A DNA stretch of 64,000 bases from Octopus sinensis (Eukaryota), in contig NC_042999.1 in assembly GCF_006345805.1 (NCBI RefSeq), positions 8,432,001-8,496,000 on the forward strand. The letters run 5' to 3'. The position numbers and the translations under genes were made by a program. The notes under the pieces were generated by a model. The model was not told the DNA's origin and did not search any database. It saw only the letters and a list, made by a program, of their open reading frames with translations. Shown here piece after piece: positions 13,026 to 24,092 of this stretch. Every line of letters begins with the position of its first letter. The first letter of the stretch is position 1.

Positions 13026-13744
13026 TTTTAGTTAATTTATTATAAACTACAAAACTATAAGTTTCAATCTCCATCTTTGGTTGCTGTTGTCAAATATTAA
13101 TATAAAAATGAAAATCATGATGACAGACAACAAGAAAATTTATTTGTAATGACGATGTTTCATATAGATAACAAGACACTGGCCTTCATCGTGTATGAAC
13201 AGGCATTTCTATGAAGGTATAGACTTCGAAACAAAACCAAGCGTTAAAACTGCAGAGAGAGAATCGTTCAGATGTAGTCAGCAGCTCTGTATTTTGGTAA
13301 GAACAATCAGGGAATGAACAGATGTTGCTTTGTAGATAACTGCTGGATTGTGTAATGTGATGTTGATTGGAGCCAAATGGAGACAATTTAGGTGTGTAGC
13401 AATTAAGCTGTAGGCAATTACTGGGTTAATAAGATTTTCCTGGAAGCATTGCTTATGAAATTAAAAGCTTTAATATTATCAATGGGTGTGGGCATATGGG
13501 TGTGGTAGGGGAGGGGAGTGAGTAAAAGGAATGAATTTGAAGACAGGAATTGAATAGAAATGTCTTAATCAGGCATGGAAATATGAAGACTTTGGTTAAA
13601 TTAAAAGAGGCATTTTGCACACCTTCCCTTTCTGTTAACAAAGAAAAGAATTTTAATTATAATATAACCGTTTAGCTAAATATTCATTTCGTAGAATTCC
13701 AGTACTTACCAAAATGTTGATCACATAAACACACCAGAATTTGA

Positions 13745-14185
13745 TCATCATCATCATCATCAGCATCATCATCGTTTAACGTCCGCTTTCAATGCTGGCA
13801 TGGGTTGGACGGTTTGACTGAGGACTGGTGAGGCAGAGGCTGCACCAGGCTCAATCTTGATCTGGCAAAGTTTCTACAGCTGGATGCCTTTCCTAATGCC
13901 AAACACTCCGAGAGTGTAGGGGTGCTTTTTATGTGCCACTGGCACAAGGGCCAGTCAGGCGATTCTGGCAATGACCATGCTCATGCTTAGAAGGTGTTTT
14001 TTATGTGCCACCTGCATGGGAGCTAGTCTGGCGACACTGGCAATGACTACACTCAAATGTTGTTTCTCACATGCCACTGGCACATGTGCCAGTAAGGCGA
14101 TGCTGGTAACGATTATGCTCAAATGGTGCTTTTCATGTGTCACTGACATGGGAGACAATCCTAGGCCCTGGCAATGATCGTGCGG
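13745..14185 (-). mobile_element. RTE LINE 3' end with diverged tandem units
   Basis: (CAT)n tail and GTGCCAC..GGCAC units. Confidence 0.8.
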
Positions 14186-14517
14186 AATTCACAGATTTGT
14201 CTGTAGTTCTTTACACATGTTAGTCCACAGTAGCGTTTGTCAACCAGGATTCCCTGAAACCCTAGGGTTCTACAAAAGGTTCCTAGGGGTTCCACAAGAA
14301 AGAGTGAGATAAGCTAATGCTAATTTCATGATCGTAATATTACGTTATATGCACAACATCATCATCATCATTATCATCATCATCGTTTAACGTCCACTTT
14401 CCATGCTAGCATGGGTTGGACGATTTTGACTGAGGACGATGATCTCCTGGGGCTAAAAGCTACAGTAACACTCACCTTTAGTGGTTAGCCATATTGAGAT
14501 GGCTAGTATACTTTACG

Positions 14518-14558
<41 letters not shown>

Positions 14559-14639
14559 AACACACACACACTTATATAAATGTAACCACATGTGAATTGG
14601 TGATTTTTTTTCCTCCGTCTTCCTTTCAAGTGGACTTTT

Positions 14640-14745
14640 TCCTGTTTCTGTCAAAGAGCATAGGCTTGAAACGTAAAAGACTTTCTCACTTCCCAAGTGT
14701 TAAACTTATACATCTGTTTGTTGTTTAGACACATGTCTTTGTCTT
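14640..14745 (+). mobile_element. Family G repeat carrying a minimal hammerhead-like motif (14645-14680)
   Basis: tttCTGTCAA-a-GAGC-atag-GCTT-GAA-ACGT-A-AAAG; homologous copies at 28630-28740 and 57480-57600. Confidence 0.55.
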
Positions 14746-14794
14746 TTTTGTATTTGTAAATTCTCACTACATATATGTGTGTGGGGGGGGGGGG

Positions 14795-15090
14795 CACATG
14801 GCCTAGTGGTTAGATTAGTGGACTCACAGTCAAGGGATTGCGAGTTTGAGTCTCAGACCGGGCGATGTGTGTGTTTATGAGCGAAGCACCTAAGCTCCAC
14901 ACAGCTCCGGCAGAAGGTAATGGTGAACTTCTGCGGATTCTTTCGCCACAACTTTCTCTCACTCTTTCCTCCTGCATCTTGCAGCTTACCAGAGACGGAC
15001 CGGTGTCCCGTCCAGGTGGGGAACCTATATGCCAAGGAAACTGCGAAACCGGCCCTTATGAGCCAGGCATGGCTCGAGAAGGAACAAACA
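14795..15090 (+). mobile_element. tRNA-derived SINE family F
   Basis: Head TGGCCTAGTGGTTAG (A-box)...GAGTTTGAGTCTC (B-box); body GGACCGGTGTCCCGTCCAGG resembles a V-domain; related head at 29330-29450 (-). Confidence 0.65.
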
Positions 15091-15115
15091 ATATATATAT
15101 ATATATATATATATA

Positions 15116-15685
15116 TTTCATTTCATTTCATTTCATTTGGGTTTGAGTCCATGCTCAGGCCAAGTCGAAGACTCCACCCTCAGAGTCTGGTGTGGTTGCC
15201 AGGTTGTATTCTCTGCTTAATTTTGACATGTGTAGGAGCGAGTTTGAGTCAGTTTGTGCTCGTTGTGTATATCCTGGGAGATGGGGTTCATCTCTAATGG
15301 TGCTTAAGTATCTATCCAGTTGCAATTTGAATGATTCCACACTGCATCCTGATAGATTTCTGACATGTACCAGAATGGAGTTGAACATTTGTGCTCCTCG
15401 AACCAACAGACTTGATTCTCGCAGGGTTTTTGCTGCCTGGCCAGCCTTTTTGTTGATTGGTGGCAGCTGGCAGCGTCTTCCGTGGCGCAGTGAGTGGTAG
15501 GTTTTGATACCAAAGTTTGGCACCTTCTGCTCTATCATTTTCCAAATGTATATAATTCGGTATCGCTCAAATCTTCTTTCTATTGAGTACATCCTCAAGG
15601 TTTTGAGTCTTTGCCAATAGTCCAGGTCCCTCGTTTCTGAGAAGTATGAGGTAAAATTTCTTTGGAACGATTCTATCTTAGATAT
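15116..15685 (-). mobile_element. 5'-truncated CR1/L2-group LINE with an open C-terminal ORF and a (TGAAA)n tail
   Basis: IESFQRNFT...YWQRLKTLRMYSIERRFERYRIIYIWKMIEQKVPN...FKLQLDRYLSTIRDEP is a typical CR1-group C-terminus. The MTTLLLYIYI start is microsatellite-derived. Confidence 0.85.
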
Positions 15686-16079
15686 ATATATATATATATA
15701 TATATATAGCAACAAGGTTGTCAATACTAGAGGGGAGGAGGAGGAGAAGAAGGGGAGGAGGAAGAGGAGGAGGAGACTATCCTCATGAAATCAACGAATT
15801 TTCAAAAAGGCGAGAGCTTTATTAGTTATTTCTATCTGTTCCACATTCAAATTTTCAAATTACTAAAAAGACACCATTTTTTTTTTCATAGTTACTCATT
15901 TTTATTAAAATATTTCCCAGTTTTTTTTCATGTCTCCCCGCATACAGCGACCCACCCACCCACACACCTGTTATTTGTGTTTACAATCCATCTGTATAAA
16001 CCCACAATTCTAAATTTTTTTAATGGTAATTTGAATAAGCATTGATGAACGAAACATATATACGTCTCTCAGCAAATAC

Positions 16080-16274
16080 GTTATATATACATACACACAC
16101 ACACACTCATACATACATATGTACATACATACACACATACATATATACACACACATGCATACATGCACACATCCATCCATACATGTATACATTCATACAC
16201 ACACATATACATACAAATATATGTTGCTATTTGTCTATCTGTCTGTCTATCTCTTTCTACATATAACTTTATAT

Positions 16275-16322
<48 letters not shown>

Positions 16323-16433
16323 CACAGGCATAGGAATAAGCATACATATATATATATATATATATATATAACACAGACATAGAAATAAGCATACATACAT
16401 ACATGCATACATATATATATATGTATGTATATA

Positions 16434-16469
<36 letters not shown>

Positions 16470-16864
16470 TACATACATATATATATATATATGTATATAT
16501 TTATATCTATATTTCTATATTTCTATATACATATATATATTTATATATATATATATAGAAATATAGAAATATAGATATAAATATTGTAAGTATATATACC
16601 TTATGAATACACACACACACACGCATATATATGTATGTATATACATGTATATATACACACTTGTGTGTGTGTGTATGCAATATGCATGTACGTGTGTGTG
16701 TGTGCATAAACATTTATATAGTTATATCTCTGATATTCATTCATTATCTCTTTAGAAATACCTCAAGAAACGATGACAAAGTAAATATTTTTTTTCTTCT
16801 CTCTGTATCATAATCACCACCATCACCACCACCATCATCATCATCATTCCCCTTGTTATTATTA

Positions 16865-16906
<42 letters not shown>

Positions 16907-16980
16907 GAGTTGTTGTTATCATCATCATCATCATTCATTTAGCGTAATTATAATTATTATTATTATTATTATTATTATTA

Positions 16981-17026
<46 letters not shown>

Positions 17027-17040
17027 CATTATTATTATTA
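16080..17040. repeat. Compound microsatellite field: (TA), (CA), (TACA), (CAT), (ATT)
   Basis: Direct reading. Confidence 0.9.
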
Positions 17041-17042
17041 TT

Positions 17043-17518
17043 GAGTGAGAGAGCAGTGCATGCCATCAAAGTGACACTGGGGTAAAATATATGAAGCCCA
17101 GTATACCCATCATGACTACCCGTCTGATAAGGGTACACGAGGCACATGCATCACAACCATATGTGCGCGACATGGTGATCTCATATCAAGATAAACAGCA
17201 CATGACCTTGCAGGTGGGGCCCAGTTAGAATTTTCTTCTGGTAGAGTAACCCATCCCGCTCAAAAGGTCCTTGAATAAGGATTGATTAAGGATGTTGAAC
17301 AAAACACCCATGTTTCCAGAGGTGAATTATTCAAACCCCAAAGAATCCCTCTCAACACATGGCTATGATGCTCCCCCACTACTTCTGCTCGTGATCAGAG
17401 ATGCACATATCGTCAGCCACTAAGTGACATGCTCAACTGGTTAAGGTCAAACAACTGACAAGCAAATCTGTGGTATTGAGCAGAATATTTGCTGTAGCCC
17501 ATCTTTTAAACCAAGACA
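17043..17518. mobile_element. Unclassified ~475-bp higher-GC insert between two long (ATT)n tracts
   Basis: Sharp composition change at both ends; (ATT)n at 16940-17042 and 17520-17700; no convincing ORF. Confidence 0.45.
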
Positions 17519-17573
<55 letters not shown>

Positions 17574-17635
17574 CATTATTATTATTATTATTGTTATTAT
17601 TATAATTATCATTATTATTATTATTAATTTTATTA

Positions 17636-17673
<38 letters not shown>

Positions 17674-18444
17674 TTTATTGTTGTTGTTATTTATAATGAT
17701 TATTGTCTTTAGTTTTTGGCTTCTTTTTTTTGTCTTAGATTTTTTTCCTTTTTGCTTTTATCTCTTTTTTTTCCTCATTGAAGAAAACAAAATATATCAG
17801 CAATCAGGATGTGCATATAAAAAAACAAAATACAAAAAAACCCATCAAACTAAACATATTTTGAAGATTATAAAATACTCTAAGACTGAAATAACAACTT
17901 CACATTTATCTCTGAATGTGTTGCTAATCATTCTTATTCACACCGTTTACAATTTTCAACATTTTTCATTATTCAACACACTTTATGCCAACTCAGTATA
18001 AAACATTGCTATGTTACCAAAAAACAAAAAAAAATATACACCCTCAGAAATTTTTTTTGATTTTGTTTAGTTTTGTTTTTAATTTTTCAGGTGTGGTTGT
18101 GTGGTAAGAAGTTTGATTCCCAACCACCTGGTTCTGGGTTCAATCCCACTATTTGTCACCTGGGTCCCCTGGGGCAAGTGTCTTCTACTTATAACATTAA
18201 GCTGACCAAACTCTTGTGAGTGGATTTGGAAGATGGAAGCAGAAGGAAGCCAGTCGTATATATATATGTGTATATATATATACACACATATATATATATA
18301 TATATATATACATAGAAGTAAATATATAGCACAACGAAGTACAGATATTTACTGGAAATAGCGAACGTAATAATACGACGCTAATGTATAGCTTCACCAC
18401 TATTCTTTACTGGAAAACAATACTCTAGTATTGCATTACTAATT

Positions 18445-18477
<33 letters not shown>

Positions 18478-18493
18478 TATATAATATATATAT

Positions 18494-18995
18494 ATGAGGA
18501 TCAGAATCGAAATCGATCAATGGAAAATGCAGATGTGTTACCAGTGCCGGTGGCATGTCGATACTCTACTTGTGAAGACCCGTTGAGGCAAGTGAGGATC
18601 AGAATGGAAATCGATCAATGGAAATTGCAGATGTGTTACCAGTGCCGGTGGCATGTAAGAGAACCTTCCGTTTCACGACCGTTGCCAGCACCGCCCCGTT
18701 TCGTGTCCGTTGCCAGCCTAGCCTGGCCCTTGTGCCGGTGGCACATAAAAAGCACCATCCGTTCGTGGCCGTTTGCCAGCTCTGTCTGGCACCTGTGCGG
18801 GTGGCACGTAAAAAGCACCCACTACACTCATGGAGTGGTTGGCGTTAGGAAGGGCATCCAGCCGTAGAAACACTGCCAGATTTGACTGGGCCTGATGAAG
18901 CCTTCTGGCTTCACAGACCCCAGTAGAACCGTCCAACCCATGCTAGCATGGAAAACGGACGCTAAACGACGATGATGATGATGATGATGATGATG
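18494..18995 (+). mobile_element. Young RTE LINE 3'UTR copy
   Basis: Near-identical to 47890-48390, including the ~98-bp repeat units. Confidence 0.9.
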
Positions 18996-19309
18996 TATAT
19001 ATATATATATATGTATATATTATTAGTGAATGGAAGAAATGGAGTTGAACGAAGATTGTACAGAATTCCTTTTATTACATTCTACACATGTTTCAAAGGC
19101 CACAATTTTCCAAATTCTGATTAAATAAGGATACCATATTGTAGCTTTCTCTTCTGCTGTGATTTTTGCTACCCAGGTATCGGTTAAACTTTTGAATAAT
19201 CTGTAACAAGAAAATTCATCTTTCTATTTCAACAAATATATATGTATATATGTATATGAATATATGCATATATGTATATATGTATATATACATATATATG
19301 TATATATAT

Positions 19310-19341
<32 letters not shown>

Positions 19342-19641
19342 ATATATTATATATATAATGAAGGGTGAAATTAATTAATTTGGAATAATTATCAATTACA
19401 CCAAGTAGTCTTCGGCATGTAAAAGCCTCATTCGAGGAAAATTTAAGTAATACTAAGCAATAAAGGGTTTAGCAACGAATTGCCTTACCACAGACCGAAT
19501 TTAGAAATAGCAGTCAAAGAGTTATAGCTATTTCCTCTACTAAAAAGGGAGATCTCAGTAAAAACACAGCAATTGGAAGGCAGACACAAACAGGTAAGAG
19601 AGAATGAATTGACGGCAATCTATCATACAATTTTAAGTTAT

Positions 19642-19740
19642 CTACGGATGCACGTTTCGAAATCAAGTTTTTAGGAAAGCATAAGAATTAAATATTAAAT
19701 AATTCTACCTTACCCAAACTTCTTTTCTCTTCAGCGTAGA
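19642..19740 (-). ncRNA. Mirror copy of the hammerhead with a stem III mismatch (GUC changed to AUC)
   Basis: Reverse complement reads CTACG-CTGAAGA...GAAACGTGCATC-CGTAG. Confidence 0.65.
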
Positions 19741-19973
19741 ATACTATAATCATAAATGATTATTACGGATAACCATATTTTATCTCAGTAGATGACCACA
19801 GCATCTTGTTTTGGCTACACGCGGGTGGGAAGGGGCTGGTGACACAATTTTTTCATTCACACTTTGAATTTGGTGATACTAGTTGCGGATTCTAGCTCGC
19901 TCTGATACTGAGTTGAGTTGGTGCCTTCTAGTATCTCAAAACTCAATATATAATCATTTATGATTATAGTATT

Positions 19974-20071
19974 CTACGCTGAAGAGAAAAGAAGTTTGGG
20001 TAAGGTAGAATTATTTAATATTTAATTCTTATGCTTTCCTAAAAACTTGATTTCGAAACGTGCGTCCGTAG
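19974..20071 (+). ncRNA. Type I hammerhead ribozyme, intact core, GUC cleavage site after 20066
   Basis: Stem I CTACG/CGTAG; core CTGAAGA (19979-19985); long stem II closed by GAAA/TTTC with AAGTTT/AAACTT and AGAATTA/TAATTCT; GAA; stem III AC-gtgc-GT; C17. Confidence 0.8.
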
Positions 20072-20265
20072 ATAACTTAAAATTGTATGATAGATTGCCG
20101 TCAATTCATTCTCTCTTACCTGTTTGTGTCTGCCTTCCAATTGCTGTGTTTTTACTGAGATCTCCCTTTTTAGTAGAAGAAATAGCTATAACTCTTTGAC
20201 TGCTATTTCTAAATTCGGTCTGTGGTAAGGCAATTCGTTGCTAAACCCTTTATTGCTTAGTATTA

Positions 20266-20309
<44 letters not shown>

Positions 20310-20368
20310 TGTGTACCTTTGAGTCTGTATGTCTCCTGTCACTATTTGACAACTCTTGTTGATGTGAA

Positions 20369-20850
20369 GTAAAGATTGTTTGCCAACATAACATGGTAGT
20401 CCTGGTTTGGGACAAATGTTGCTGTAATTTAGCCCCAGGAGACATCGTCTCCAGCTGGCTATACGACACAATCTGTGTCCTTATATTTTCGAACAAGGGA
20501 ATCTAGCACACCCCACTCAGCTCAAAAGAATATCTGTGTATCATGATTTCCAGTTTATTTCCCTTCATCAGCACAGAATAATTGTTCGGCTGATGAAGGG
20601 AAATAACCAGGAAATCACGATACACAGATATTGTTTTGAGCTGAGTGGGGGGTGCTAGATTCCCTTGTTCAAAAATATAAAGACACAGATTGTGTCGTGT
20701 AGCCAGCTGGAGATGATGTCTCCTAGGGCTAAATTACAGCAACATTCGTCCCAAACCAGGACTGCCATGTTATGTTGGCAAACATTCTTTACTCCAAAGT
20801 ACTGTTGCTGAATATCTTTCATTGGGAGATTTAAAAATAGTAATTTTTTA
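20369..20850. mobile_element. Family E hammerhead repeat in fold-back form (arms ~20369-20571 and 20589-20795)
   Basis: Long inverted arms; same sequence as 62243-62592, 58510-58758 and 44205-44368. Confidence 0.8.
20534..20576 (-). ncRNA. Minimal type I hammerhead (family E), AUA site, palindromic stem III
   Basis: CTGTG-CTGATGA-agggaaataaactg-GAA-ATCATGAT-A-CACAG: perfect stem I, weak stem II. Confidence 0.6.
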
Positions 20851-21284
20851 ATATTGTTGGCATGTTTACCAGATGCCCTTGAATTGAAAACTTAGCCTTG
20901 AATGCAGATAACAGACTAGGGGTGTGATAAAGAAACCCCGGGAACGAGGTGCTGGGACATTTACTTATCAATTAGGTCATGGCAAGATTTGAACTCAGTT
21001 CATGAAGAACTGGAATGAATCCTATAAGGTATTCAGTCTATGGTGCCGTTACAGTTCAACCAATCCATATTTTCCATTTGTATGTTTTTATCAGCTCTAA
21101 AAGGACAAAAGGCAAAGCGGAACTTGGTAAAGATACATTTTACCAAAATTTGGATTTTCCAAATACACATTTTCTTAATTTTCATTCCTCAGCTGCCACA
21201 AATAACAGACTCTCAGAACACAGTTATCCCTCAAGTAGTCCCAAAGCAGACAAAGTTCCAGAAAATATTCCTTGTACCATTTGG

Positions 21285-21490
21285 GAGTCCACTGGCAGAA
21301 TTATTAGCATGCCAGGCAAGATGCTTAGCAGTATTTCATCTGTCTTCGTGTTCTGAGTTCAAACGCTACTGAGGTCAGCTTTGTCTGTCATTCTTTTGGG
21401 GTCAATAAAGTAAGTACCAGTTGAATACTAGGATCAATGTAATCGATTTATTCCTCTCTTGAACCTGGTGACCTTGTGCCAAAATTTAAA
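21285..21490 (+). mobile_element. Diverged SINE family C
   Basis: CTGGCAGAAT..TTAGCA...TTCTGAGTTCAAA...AAGTACCAG. Confidence 0.65.
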
Positions 21491-21819
21491 ACTAATATTA
21501 GAATGTTAAGTCTATCATTTACAATGTCCATTTGTTAAGATGTCTCTCATTTTGGCGGTGCTCCAGCATGGCCGCAGTCAAATGACTGAAACAAGTAAAA
21601 GAGTAAAGGGAGAGTATTTCAGGATAAATTGGTCAGTCTTTACTCCTACCTTTTTTCATAAAAGTACCTTATGGGATAGAAAAAGACTAAAGACTGCTTT
21701 TGACTCATCACACTTGAATTATTGAAAATTACATAAAAAATACTTTATAAACCTATTGAAAAGATTTTGTTGATATGTATTTGGTCCTACTTAACCAGGG
21801 ATTAGGAATTCTTCCACGC

Positions 21820-22075
21820 CTTTCTGGCACCTGTGCCAGTGGCATCTGTAAAGGATTCGAGCGAGGTCGTTGCCAGTACTGCCTGACTGGCCCCGTGCTG
21901 GTGGCACATAAAAAGCACCCACTACACTCTCAGAGTGGTTGGCATTAGGAAGGGCATCCAGCTGTAGAAAATTTGCCAGATCAGACTGGAGTCTGGTGCA
22001 GCCTCCTGGTTTGCCAGTCCTCAGTCAATCGTCCAACCCATGACAGCATGGAAAGCGGACGTTAAACGATGATGA
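21820..22075 (+). mobile_element. RTE LINE 3' end
   Basis: Homology to 48160-48390. Confidence 0.8.
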
Positions 22076-22445
22076 AGAATAAAATAACAAAGGTGGGCAC
22101 CGTTAATCAGTTAATTACTTCCTAATGTGACAGAAGTTATCAATAAACTGTTAACGTTAATTTTTATTATAGAAACTGAAACAAAAAAATCAGATTTTGC
22201 TCTAAATCCACCTAAAAACGCCTTTAAAAAGTGCCAAAACTATAAGATTTGTTAACTTCAATTCAATTGTTAAGAAGGTAACAGAAGTTAATTAGTCCAA
22301 TAATTATTTTAAAAGTTAAAAAGTTAAATTGTTAACGAAAATGTTAATTAACAATTAGTAGATTAATGGTTTGGTGTCCAGGTTTGTAAAAGAGATACAG
22401 TTAGGGTCAGCATGACCAAACAGAAAAGACAGTGATAGTATGGCA

Positions 22446-23140
22446 TTATTAATTCTTAGTTTCAAAAATGGTGAGCTGACAGAATCATTAGCACAGTGGG
22501 CGAAATGCCTGGTGGTATTTTGTCTGCCGCTACATTCTGAGTTCAAATTCTGTCGGGGTTAACCTTGCCTTTCATCTTTTCAGGGTCGATTAAAATAAGT
22601 ACCAGTTATGCACTGGGGGTTGATGTAATCGACTTAATCCCTTCCCCCAAATTTGAGTCCTTGTACTGCCCATAAAAGGATTGTTAATTCTTAGTTTCAA
22701 AAGTGGTGAGCTGATAGAATCATCAACAATGTGGATGAGATAATTAGCAACATTTCTTTATGTTCTGAGTTCAAATTCCACTGAGGTAGATTTTTGCCTT
22801 TCATCCTTTTGGGGTTGATAAAATAGGTACCAGTTATGCACTGGGGTTTAATGTAATTGACTTACCCCCTTCCCAAAATTGCTGGACTTGGGATAAAAAA
22901 TTTGAAACCATTATTAATTCTTAATTTAAGGCACCGAGCTAGCAGAATCATTAGGGAGCTGGATGAAATGCCTAGTGGTATTTCTTCTGAGTTCAAATTC
23001 TGCCGAGATCAACTTTTGCCTTTCATCTTTTTGGGGTCGATGAAATAAGTACCAGTTGTGTGCTGGGGTTGATGCAATCGACTCATCCCCCTTAACCCCA
23101 AATTTTTCAAGTCCTTGTGCTTAGAGTAGAAATAATTATT
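22446..23140 (+). mobile_element. Three head-to-tail SINE family C copies (~230-235-bp period)
   Basis: Units start near 22446, 22681 and 22911, each with TTAATTCTTA...GAGCT..CAGAATC and TTCTGAGTTCAAATTC. Confidence 0.75.
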
Positions 23141-23849
23141 AATCCTTGGTTTGAGAAGTCAAATATTTGCAGACATTTTGTTGTATTTCTGAGCAAGACA
23201 CATCATTCTACATGCCCAAGGACAACTAGTTTTTACAAATATGAACAAAATCATCTAGAAGTGTTAATAATGACAGATTGGTATCCTTCCTATGGGAATA
23301 CTTATCTCTTATTATCCACTCCGCATCACAGAACCAGAGATAAGCACCGACTATCTGGCACTCAGACACAAAATTGATATTATTTTAAAAGATACATAGA
23401 ATTATCTGAAACCAAAATTGATTAGAAAAAAGATTATTAATGCAGAAAATTTTTTTTTAGTATTTGGTTTGCAAGATTCTGGTGTGTTGAAAGAGGTTTT
23501 TTTTGTTTGGTATCTTGCAAGGGTCATTATGCCAATAACAGACACGTGTGTTTGTTATTGTCTAATGACCCCCCTGAGATTCCAAACAAAATAATGCAGA
23601 CAGTTAATGCTTTAATGTTAATGAAATATGGTAATATTTTAATTACGTACTGGTTGATCAGAAGTTGGTATCTTGATTCCAGGAATGGCTTCTAGAAGCA
23701 TGAAGAAGTAGTCTGTGGAACATAAGCTGAAACGATAACAAAACAGGTGAGTTTAATTATTTGAAGTTGTTGGGGTTTCATAACTCTTACAATTTGGGGC
23801 TTGACCTTCGTGGATTGTCTCAAAGGCAAGGCAGAGTAATAGGGATATC

Positions 23850-24045
23850 TTCATCATCATCATCATCATCATCATTTAGCGTCCGCTTTCCATGCTAGCA
23901 TGGGTTGGACGGTTCAACTGGGGTCTGTGAAGCCAGAAGGCTGCATCAGGCCCAGTCTGATCTGGCAGTATTTCTACGGCTGGATGCCCTTCCTAACGCC
24001 AACCACTCCATAAGTGTAGTGGGTGCTTTTTACACCCACTACACT
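23850..24045 (-). mobile_element. Short RTE 3' end
   Basis: (CAT)n-TTTAGCGTCCGCTTTCCATGCTAGCATGG. Confidence 0.8.

Positions 24046-24092
<47 letters not shown>

Larger units (their letters stand above)
19444..20269. mobile_element. Fold-back element with 320-bp inverted arms (19444-19763 and 19950-20269), Penelope-like inverted terminal repeats
   Basis: The arms are reverse complements with about 3 differences seen by eye. Each arm contains a hammerhead motif. Confidence 0.8.

Noticed and set aside
23683-23746. Coding exon with good splice sites (TTCCAG | ... CAG | GTGAGT)
   Set aside because: Stops occur in all three frames; it could only be a non-coding exon and has no other support.
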